Shown here in pieces: positions 1 through 9,867 of a stretch of 64,000 nt of DNA (positions are counted from its first letter, which is position 1; each line of letters opens with the position of its first letter). Source of the stretch: Octopus sinensis (Eukaryota); NCBI RefSeq assembly GCF_006345805.1, contig NC_042997.1:26288001-26352000 (forward strand), given 5' to 3'. Position numbers and translations under genes: made by a program. The notes beneath the pieces were generated by a model that saw only the letters and a list, made by a program, of their open reading frames with translations, was not told where the DNA came from and ran no database searches.

Positions 1-822
1 ACCATCCACAAAATACTGGTTGAGGAAAAGTTTCCTCGATACAACCTACAGATATTGCATTACTTAAATGAAGACGACCCTGATAGACGAATGTAGACGT
101 GCGAATGGTTTTCAGATAAACTAGATGAGAATATCAATTTTACGAAACACTTTGTTGTTCAGGGACAAAGCTACGTTTAATGTAAGTGATAAGGTCAACA
201 AACAGAATCTTCTATACTAGTCTCGAGGTAATCCACATTGGATAGATCCATCCAAACAGCAAGGCAGCAAAAAGGTGATGGTGTGGTGTGGTTTGTGGAA
301 AGCTCATGTTCTAGGACCCTTCTTCATTGAACATGTAACGGATGAGAATTCTGTAAACATATTGAGAGACAAATTAATATCTCAAATTGAGCGCCTAGGC
401 GAGGGCCTTCCGAATTAGTTTCAGCACGATGGGGCTCCTACCCATTTTGCCACAACTATTAGAGATTGGCTTAATGACACTTTTTCTCACTGGATTGGAA
501 GAAGGGCTCATACAGAAAGGTCCCCTCGTTCACCAGACCTTCTCCCCTTGATTTCTTTTTCTGGGGTATGTTGAAAGAGAAAGATTACAATAAAGATTAC
601 AGATTTAAAATACATGAGAGAACGCAGTGTGCTGAAATTGATGGCAATGTAGACTTATTTAATCAAGTTCACCTGAATTTTGCAAGGCGCATCAAGTTAT
701 GCATTGAAAAATGATGGAAATCACTTTGAAAATATTATTTATTAACATTATAATTAAATAAAATTGGTTTGTTCTAAAAGTATCTGTTAATCCCCATGTA
801 CGCAGACTTTGTGGACACCCTT
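1..822 (+). mobile_element. Degenerate Tc1/mariner-superfamily transposase remnant with right TIR
   Basis: Frame-disrupted translation gives LNEDDPDRR, VMVWCGL..VLGPFF, FQHDGAPTHF, WIGR, SPRSPDLSPLDF; ends in the TIR-like ...ctttgtggacaccct. Confidence 0.8.
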
Positions 823-1185
823 TATTATTTCGTAAAACAATATTGAATTAGTTTAAACGTACACAAATGCATAAAAATAATTTTTAATTGAATTAGACAT
901 TTGAAAATACTATTAAATTTCATTCAAATCTAAAAAAAAGGTAAAATTGGACAGAACTGATTGGATGACTTGATATATAAAATCTATGATATTCTAGTAG
1001 GTTTCAAGTTTATAACACATTGATATCTCATGTTATCTCATTTTATATGCTTAAGACGTTTATTTTCTATTCTGGTTTTTATATATTTCTATACATTATA
1101 TTTGTATCTATAATTTATTTTAAGCCGAAACATAATGCGATCCTTGTACAAACGAAAGAACAAGAATGTCCTCTGGAACTTTTAT

Positions 1186-2630
1186 GTTAGTTAGTTAGTT
1201 AGTTAGTTAATTTGGCTCAAAAGCAAATAGCAAGGCCATGTAGGGGGACATGGAGTTAAGTACAGGGTGGTGTTCATGTAAAGAGTTCAGGCCACTTGAG
1301 GTCCAGGGAGGCTTTGAACAAAGCGGTCGTCGGCATCTTCACCATCTCATCTGGCAGCTTGTTCCACGGATCCGCAACCCGGACGGAGAAAGCTCCTCTC
1401 CTTCGATTGAGATGAAATCGTCGCAGGTAGAGCTTTTCGGAATGACCCCGCAGCCGACGCTCCGGAGCAGGAGTGAAGAACAGCTCTTTCGAGAGGTTAC
1501 ACTTCCCGCTTATGATGTTGTGGGCGAGAATGAGATCACCACGGCGGCGGCGTTTTTCAAGAGAATAAAGGTCAAGCGTCCTCAGCCTTTCTTCGTAGGA
1601 CAAATATTTGAGACCATGAACCAGCGGGTAGCCAGCCTCTGGACTCTTTCGAGGTGCTGTATGTCTTTGAGGAGAATAAGGAGAAGAGGCTTGAATCCCA
1701 TACTCCAATATGGTCTCACCAGCGTGACATAGAGTGGCAGGAATATGGCTGCTGTGAGCACTCCGAATGACCGTCGAATCAAAAACAGAATTCCGCGCGC
1801 TTCGTTGGCAGCATGGACGCACTGGGCCGAAGGCGAAAAGGAGGAATCCACCAAGATACCCAGGTCCTTTACCTGATCGGTCCTCTCCAGCACTTTGACA
1901 CGTTCAGACACAGGTCCCAATCGTTAGACCACTTCCAAATTTGGTGGAGGCATCGACGAAGATCCTCTATACTACCGCGAGGAGCGACCAGTTTGATATC
2001 GTCGGCAAATAGAAGGGTGTGTTGCGTGAGGTCGTCGGGCAAGTCATTTATGAAGACTAAGAACAACAAGGGCCAAGCACTGAACCTTGAGGCACGCCAC
2101 TGCTCGCACTGGAGACGTCGGACCGCGAACCATTAACTTGAACTTGGAAGGAGCGATCTGAGAGGAAGGCACCAACCCATCGTACAATATCCGGATGGAA
2201 ACTATATGCTTGAAGCTTGACAAGTAGTAGGCGGTGGTTTACCGAGTCAAAAGCTTTGGCAAAGTCAATAAAACGATGTCAACAGCATCACTATCATCGA
2301 GGATGCGCGTCACCAATTCTTCCATTACTAGTAAGTTGGTCAAGCATGATCTCTTCGGCACGAAGCCGTGTTGGGAATCAGTGATCGAGGCTGTGCTTAG
2401 GAGGTGGAGCATCAACTTTTCTTAAGGATGGTTTCGAACATCTTGCTGATTATTGATGTAAGGGAAACCGGTCGGTAGTTAAGCGGGTCTTCGCGGCTCC
2501 CTTTCTTGAAAATTGGCGATTATCGCTGTTCTCCAGTCTGCAGGTATAACACCCGTCGCCAATGACATTGAATAGTCGTGTTAAGGCTCGCAGATGACCG
2601 GAGCCAACGCTTTGATAACCCGTGGGTTAT
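1186..2630 (-). mobile_element. 5'-truncated, frameshifted CR1-type LINE (RT and 3' end) with (TAAC)n tail
   Basis: Minus-strand ORFs contain [65 protein letters not shown]; the tail reads ttagttagttag on + at ~1186-1209. Confidence 0.9.
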
Positions 2631-3170
2631 CTTCCACCGGTGTTTGTAATCGATGGGGACATGTGCGATGATTTTGCGACTATCTTATATTTTACAGAGA
2701 AATTGGAAGCCACGAATGTAAGCCACCACTTTATGCATAATACAATATTTATAGTTCACTATTTCTAACTCAAATGCTGTCCTCAATAATTATAGATCTC
2801 TATTTCTAAATGTAATTCTTTTTCTTCTCGTTCAGTTTATAAATATAACACGCATTCTTGTCTGTCTCTCGACAAAGCTTTTTTTCTCCAGCATTCACCA
2901 CTTCTCCTCGTTAGGGTTAAACAGTCCTTACCAAATGTTTTCACTGTCCTGTTTTTGTTAGCAGCTTTGACGTTCCACGTATCTCAAATTTTATTTAATT
3001 TTGCTTTGGGGGAGCAATTCCTTTGACGAAGACACATCTTGTTGCAGTGCTCGCAATGCGGAGTAGGTAAATCTGCCAACAACTGAGGAAGGGTTGTTTT
3101 TTTATGCTGCCTTCGCGATATAGTTCTCAATATATAATGGAAATTCTCCCAACCCAACCCAACCCCTAAT

Positions 3171-3402
3171 GCCATAGCGTCAACTGTGGGCTGGTAACTG
3201 TGTACAGTCGCCCCAATGGCGGCCAGAGCGAGCTCTGGTCGCCATAGCGTCGACTGTGGGCTGGTAGCGTCTTTGCCTCCACTATACGTATCTGTATATT
3301 GGTCATTTGCGAACTCCAGAGGTGACACTTTCATTTCTCCTTGTCGACTATGGGCTGGTAGCTGTGGACGGTCGATCCGACGTCGCCCAGAGCGAGCTCT
3401 GA
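3171..3402. repeat. Short GC-rich imperfect direct repeat
   Basis: gtc(a/g)act(g/a)tgggctggta occurs three times; ccagagcgagctctg occurs twice. Confidence 0.6.
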
Positions 3403-3514
3403 CTGGTATGATGCTATAGCAGAAGACACATGCCAAGTTACCACACAGTGGGACTGAACTGAGGACCAAGTGTTTTTGGAACCAAGTTTGTCACCACACA
3501 GCCACACTTGCTCC

Positions 3515-3680
3515 TGTGTGTGTGTTTGTGTGTGTGGGTGGGTGGGTGTATCTGTATGTGTGTATGGGTGTATATATGTATGCATGTATATATGTGTATA
3601 TATATATATGTGTGTACATATTACATGTACATCTATATATACATCTAGACATACATGTTTACATATACATGTATATCTAT
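3515..3680. repeat. (TG)n/(TA)n compound microsatellite
   Basis: Directly visible dinucleotide runs. Confidence 0.9.
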
Positions 3681-3881
3681 AGAAATACATCTACAAATGT
3701 GATTACAATAGTCAAACAGTAATAATAAAAACAAACCTTTTTAATTTATTCCCATTTATGTGAAACCACTTGTTCATATCATTGATGTCAATTTTATACG
3801 AATTGCTAATACACACACACACACACACACATAATAAGAGTGAAAAACTGAATATTAATTTGATTAATATGAATTGAAAAC

Positions 3882-4254
3882 CAGTAGTGTAGCATATAAG
3901 ACCATAGCGGGTCTTTTTCTAGCAAAATGGATGACCACTGTTAATGGTTCATCCCTGTTATATAATACTTTCACTTTAATAGTTTCAGTATTAAAGTGAA
4001 TGTCTGCATTACAATAGAGAGATGTTTTTGTTTCACTTTTAACACGTAATACTGATATAGTGAAGAAAATATGATAATGCTGTGGAGTCGCCCTAGGGAA
4101 AAAGTTAAATTTTTTTTGCCGATGACACTCCCCAGACCTTAAGTAAAGCATGTGAAAATTTGAATGAAATTGTTTGTGTAGTTCTCAAGTCTTAGGAAAA
4201 CACACACACAGACAGACAGACAGACACACATTCTCAGTTTTATATATAGAGAGA
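3882..4254 (-). mobile_element. Possible non-autonomous Helitron-like element
   Basis: Ends in (cacacaga)n...ttttatatatagagagat, like the terminus of the 19522..19911 element; the left boundary is uncertain. Confidence 0.4.
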
Positions 4255-5084
4255 TAAAAGGCTAAACAAAAATTAAACAGTGTTATTTGATTAGTTGCTA
4301 CATAATTGATTTCCTGGAAATTATAGTCAAATCTTCCCAAAATTTTACCATAATCTTTAGGAAGTTAACCAATTATGTAGCGGCTTTCATGTTTGCCGTT
4401 GGAACATCAGTTAATTAGTTATTACTTTTGGACCCCTAGGTCAACTCATAACCAGCATTGCTATGACCAAAGACTTTCTAACAATAATCATATCACACTG
4501 TTTATTTTTTCTTTATATATATATATATAGGCAGACACAAGGAAAATGCCACTTGTATTTGAAAACTATACAAATATTCTTTTAAAAAATCTTTTCTTTT
4601 AATCTTTCTAAATTTAATTATTTAACTGTTACAGTTGAAAAAGTCTCAATGACTAAAACCGGTACTGACATGATTTTTATAAAATTATATTAGTATTTTC
4701 TATCTTGACTTTTTTTCCATATATATATCAACTCATGTGCTCCTTTTCATCCTTCTACACACACACACACACACACACACACATAGTATATCTAGGTTTT
4801 ATTTCTTTTCTGTATTTGATTTGCAGATTCTTGATGTGAACTCCCAAGACACAATCGTTACGCCAATGATATTAACACAGGCATCGATTCAGTTTCAAAA
4901 ACAAACGAAAGCAGATGTTGGATCGAGTTGGGAGCCACAGGTCACCGAAAAGGTTGCGAATAACAACGAAAGAACTTTGACAGACAAACAAACAACCGAC
5001 TGATTGCTTAAACATCCCGTTACAACACGATTATTTAGTTAATTCGATTTCTAACCAATTGACGGATACATACATATGTATACA

Positions 5085-5585
5085 AATATTCATCCATCAA
5101 GCATTTGCCATATTCTGAATGCCTTACTTCCCTGGGCATGGATACATTGAAACTCCGACGTCTGGCAGCTGACTTGGCAGACACCCATAAAATTATTAAC
5201 CATCTTATTAACAATAACTCTGAACACCTTTTCAAACTCCACCTGTCTAACACCCATAGGCATGTTTACAAAGTCAGAAAACAGCACAGTTCCCATGACT
5301 TTCGGAAACGTTTTTTCACGCTATGAGTTGCTGAAGTATGGAACAAACTGCCGACATCAGTTGTTAGTTGTCGGAGCACTGCATCCTTCAAAACTTCCAT
5401 GCTTTCTGAGATTCGCCAACACTACACCTGATTTCTCCCCCCCCCCATACATACGCAAGCATGTATCTGACTCATACACTGTTCGCTTTCCAGACATTTG
5501 TACATTATTGCATATGCTTTATACGCACTTTTGACAAGTTGTGGTACACCCGAGCACTGTGTACAATAATTTCCTTATTATTATA
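5085..5585 (+). mobile_element. CR1/L2-type LINE 3' fragment
   Basis: LPYSECLTSLGMDTLKLRRLAADL...RKRFFTL*VAEVWNKLP; (tta)n tail. Confidence 0.75.
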
Positions 5586-5589
5586 CAAC

Positions 5590-8056
5590 TATACGCAGGA
5601 GTGGTTTTGTGGTAAGTAGCTTGCTAACCAACCACATGGTTCCGGGTTCAGTCCCACTGCATGGCATCTTGGGCAAGTGTCTTCTGCTATAGCCCCGGTC
5701 CGTCCAATGCCTTGTGAGTGGATTTGGTAGACGGAAACTGAAAGAAGCCTGTCGTATATATGTATATTCAGGGATACGCAGATAAACACGACACCAAGAA
5801 ATTCTACGAGGCGCTGAAAGCTGTCTATGGACCGCAGTTCTCCTTTGGATCAACCCCCCTGCTCAGCTCGGATGGAACCTCACTCCTGACTAACAAGAGG
5901 CTGATCCTGGAGAGATGGGCGGAGCATTTCAACATCGTGCTCAACCGACCAGCCCAGATCAACGAGGAAGCCATCGCACGACTCCCCCAGGTGCCGACAA
6001 ACCACGAGTTGGCTGTTCCCCCTGCAGTCGAGGAAGTGAGCAGAGCCATCAAAAAAATGTCCACCGGCAAAGCTCCAGGCTCTGACGCCATCCCTGCAGA
6101 GGTGTTCAAGTCGGACGGCCCCACCATGATCATTCAGCTCACCAGCCTGTTCCAGTCGATGTGGGACAGGGAACAACTCCCTCAAGATTTCCGGGACGCA
6201 GCAATCGTCCACATTATAAGCGGAAAGGAGATCGGCAGTCCTGCGACAACCACCGAGTATCTATCTCCCTCTTGTCCATAGCAGGCAAGATCCTGGCCCG
6301 GGTCCTGCTTGACCGCCTTCTGGAACACTTGGAGCAAGGCCTTCTCCCTGAGAGCCAGTGTGGCTTCCGCGCGGGTCGAGGGACCACTGACATGATATTC
6401 GCCGCCCGCCAGCTCCAGGAGAAATGCATGGAGCAGCACCTTGACCTCTGCATGACCTTTGTTGACCTCACCAAGGCTTTTGATACAGTCAGTCGGGAGG
6501 GACTATGGAAGGTCATGGGAAAATTTGGTTGCCCCAGCAAATTTATTGCAATTGTCCGCCAGTTCCACGACGGAATGACAGCCAGAGTCCTTGAAGACGG
6601 CAACTCATCTGAAGCCTTCCAGGTGACCAACGGAGTCAGGCAGGGCTGTGTCCTGGCCCCAACACTGTTCAGCATCATGTTCTCGGCAATGCTGTCCGAC
6701 GCCTTTAGGGACTGCAAGTCCGGTATCGACATCAAGTACAGGACAGACGGGAAACTTTTCAACTCCAGAAGATTGCAGGCTGTCACAAAGGTGAGGGAGA
6801 CAGTCGTCAGAGACTTTCTCTTTGCTGACGACTGCGCCCTTAATGCAATCGATGAGCAGGAGATGCAGCTCGAGATGGACAGGTTCTCATCAGCCTGTGA
6901 CAACTTCGGTCTCACCATCAGTTCCAAGAAAACCGAAGTGATGTTTCAGCCAGCCCCCGGCAAACAATACCATGAGCCTCAGATAAGGGTGAACGGACGG
7001 ATCCTACGAGTGGTGGAAAACTTCACCTACCTGGGCAGCACTCTCTCCTGCAATGCCAACATAGATGCTGAAACCATCAACAGAATCTCCAAGGCAAGCA
7101 GCGCGTTTGGGAGACTGCGAAAGAAAGTCTGGGAGCGAAGAGGAATCAGCCTCAACACCAAGCTGAAAGTCTACCGGGCAGTCGTGCTTACCACCCTACT
7201 ATACGGCTGCGAGACGTGGACTGCTTACCGAAGGCACGAGCGCCAGATAAACCACTTCCATCTCAGGTGTCTTCGGAACCTCCTTCACATCCGCTGGCAG
7301 GACAAAGTCCCAGACACGGAAGTTCTGAAGCAGGCAGATCTCCCTAGCACCATCACAATCATGCGCAAGGCCCAGCTGAGATGGGCGGGCCACGTCTCCC
7401 GCATGTCCGACACTCGCATCCCAAAACAGCTCTTCTACGGTGAACTCGGCCAGGGCAGGCGCAAAGTCGGAGGGCAGAAGAAGCGCTACAAGGATAGTCT
7501 CAAGGTCTCTCTCAAAGACTTCTCCATCGGAACAGAGACCTGGGAGACACTTGCTGCCAACCGCTCATCCTGGCGCAGCGCAATCACCGTGGGAGCAGGG
7601 ACAGCCGAGGAGGGACGGATTCGGTCAGCGGAGCAGAAACGTCAGATGCGTAAAGCCAGAGCCGCCTGCACCAGTAGCACGGCCCCTACCCACTTCTGCC
7701 CCACCTGGGGAGGGGCTTCCTTGCCCGGATTGGCCTCACCAGCCACCTCAGGTCTCATGGCGGCAGTTCCATCAGATGATGTCAGTTGGTCATCTTCGAA
7801 CCGAAGGACGAACATTATTATTATATATAAGTGTGTGTGTATATGTTTGTGTGTCTGTGTTTGTCACCCTAGCATTGCTTGACAACCGATGCTGGTGTGT
7901 TTACGTCCCCGTCACTTAGCGGTTCGGCAAAAGAGACCGATAGAATAAGTACTGGGCTTACAAAGAATAAGTCCCGGGGTCGATTCGCTCGACTAAAGGC
8001 GGTGCTCCAGCATTGCCGCAGTCAAATGACTGAAACAAGTAAAAGAGTAAAGAGAG
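5590..8056 (+). mobile_element. tRNA-derived SINE with internal microsatellite, split by an RTE LINE insertion
   Basis: Head 5590..5765 and tail ~7825..8056 match the two halves of the uninterrupted copy at 8715..9180. Confidence 0.8.
5769..7822 (+). mobile_element. 5'-truncated RTE-clade LINE, reverse transcriptase nearly intact
   Basis: GKAPGSDAIPAE, LPESQCGFR, FVDLTKAFDTV, GVRQGCVLAPTLF, LFADDCAL, FTYLGS, LRWAGHV; one frameshift near 6215 and one in the C-terminal CPTC zinc-finger region; (att)n tail. Confidence 0.92.
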
Positions 8057-8714
8057 TATACACATGTAGTGACGCCGGGTTCTAGACGCCCTTGTGGAAC
8101 ATTCGTCCACGCATGCGCACACATTTGTACCAAAAATTTAAATTTTGAATTTAGACTTAATTATATTAAGGAGTGTAGCGTACACCTTCTTGTAATTCAA
8201 ACTGACTGATGATACCAGCAGACAAATTTGAAAGACGCTACCCCGGACGACGCCGGGGTAGATACGCTGGAATAGTCACTATAATACATGGGGCTCCCAC
8301 TTTCGGACAGCTGTCTCCACCCTGAAAGCGGTGAGCAGGGATATGTTCCGGGCGTCAAGAACGCCGGTGGCCGGCCTCCACTGCAACAGGCTCGGCCATT
8401 ACCTTGCTAATAAAGAAGTGGAATTGAACCTGTACGTGTTCTATTATTAACGGCGCAATGATTCTCCCAAAACACAATAAAGCAACTAGGTCTGTATAAT
8501 CTAAGACAGAAGTGTGTGACTAGAGTAATGTGTGACTAGAATAATGGGTACTACTAGCGAACTGTGGTCCCGATGCGCGCACTCGCGCATCCGCGCTAGC
8601 TAGTCGCAAGTAGTCGATCCTACAACGACTTGTAGGATCAACGAATTAAACATTTTTCGAACAAAGTAAATAATGTTTTAAACTAAGTAAATAAATTATT
8701 TTTATAAGCAAACA

Positions 8715-8887
8715 TAGGCGTAGGAGTGGTGTGTGGTAAGTAGCTTGCTTACCAACCACATGGTTCCGGGTTCAGTCCCACTGCGTGGCACCTTGGGCAA
8801 GTGTCTTCTACTATAGCCTCGGGCCGACCAATGCCTTGTGAGTGGATTTGGTAGACGGAAACTGAAAGAAGCCCGTCGTATATATGC

Positions 8888-8968
<81 letters not shown>

Positions 8969-9180
8969 TTGTGTATGTCTGTGTTTGTCCCCCCCAACAT
9001 CGCTTGACAACCGATGGTGGTGTGTTTACGTCCCCGCAACTTAGCGGTTCAGCTAAAGAGACCGATAGATTAAGTACTAGGCTTACAAAGAATAAGTCCT
9101 GGGGTCGATTTGCTCGACTAAAGGCGGTGCTCCAGCATGGCCGCAGTCAAAATGACTGAAACAAAAGAGTAAAAGAGTAA
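8715..9180 (+). mobile_element. Full-length tRNA-derived SINE with internal (TA)n(TG)n
   Basis: A-box-like tggtgtgtggtaag and B-box-like gggttcagtccc; LINE-like tail ggcggtgctccagcatggccgcagtc...gactgaaac(aaaagagt)n; further copies at ~14060-14410(-), ~23533-23930(+), ~50570-50730(+), ~58360-58596(-). Confidence 0.85.
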
Positions 9181-9250
9181 AACTAAGGTTAGGGTTAGGG
9201 TTTAGATATTTTTCGCACCGGGATGGCTGTTCACTAGTAATACCGAATCT

Positions 9251-9635
9251 TGGAAGCACTCCGTCGGTTACGACGATGAGGGTTCCGGTTGATCCGAATC
9301 AACGGAACAGCCTGCTCGTGAAATTAACGTGTAAGTGGCTGAGCACTCCACAGACACGTGCACCCATAACGTAGTTCTCGGGGATATTCAGCGTGACACA
9401 GAGAGTGACAAGGCCGGCTCCTTGAAATACAGGTACAACAGAAACAGGAAATAAGAGTGAGAGAAAGTTTTGGTGAAAGAGTACAGCAGGGATCACCACC
9501 ATCCCCTGCCGGAGCCTCGTGGAGCCTTTAGGTGTTTTCGCTCAATAAACACTCACAACGCCCGGTCTGGGAATCGAAACCGTGATCCTATGACCGCGAG
9601 TCCGCTGCCCTAACCACTGGGCCATTGCGCCTCCA
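9251..9635 (-). mobile_element. tRNA(Arg)-like SINE immediately upstream of SMPD4
   Basis: Minus strand starts ggaggcgcaatggcccagtggttagggcagcggactcgcgg...ggtttcgattcc; flanked by the ataccgaat duplication; near-identical copies at 27281..27657 and 47606..47986. Confidence 0.88.
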
Positions 9636-9724
9636 CTGATACCGAATAATGCTTCTCGGAACATGTATTATCTCATAAGCATTCCCAAATTACCATGTGG
9701 AACATATAAGCTTAATTTTTTTTG

Positions 9725-9838
9725 TAAGGGAGGCAACTCTTAGAAATGTGAGTTATTTCCCTTAAAACGTTTCGAGTATTTTGTAAAAGAACTCTCTTGT
9801 AAGTGAGATAAGCGTAATTCAAAAGTTGAAAATGGCGG
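9725..9838 (+). promoter_or_regulatory. Putative SMPD4 core promoter / start region
   Basis: YY1-type AAAATGGCGG overlapping the ATG (9829-9838); imperfect inverted motif pair taagggaggcaactc / gagttatttccctta at 9725-9764. Confidence 0.45.
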
Positions 9839-9867
9839 CTATGACGGGCGGTTCGTTGTCTATTCTG
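9832..9867 (+). CDS. SMPD4: SMPD4 exon 1 ([12 protein letters not shown])
   Basis: aaaATGGCGGCT start context; donor CTG|GTTTGT, phase 0, compatible with exon 2; too short for homology support. Confidence 0.65.

Noticed and set aside
4632-4667. Hammerhead-like relic cag-TTGAAAA-agtc..gact-AAAACCGGTA-ctg
   Set aside because: Multiple core substitutions; at most a dead Penelope-type remnant
9185-9204. TTAGGG telomere-like repeats (also ccctaaccctaa at ~22688)
   Set aside because: Only 2-3 units; too short to call an interstitial telomere
9560-9635. tRNA genes (also at 14672, 27281, 47910, 50745, 53728)
   Set aside because: The tRNA-like heads continue into repeat bodies, several with TSDs; they are SINEs, and I could not fold a complete cloverleaf
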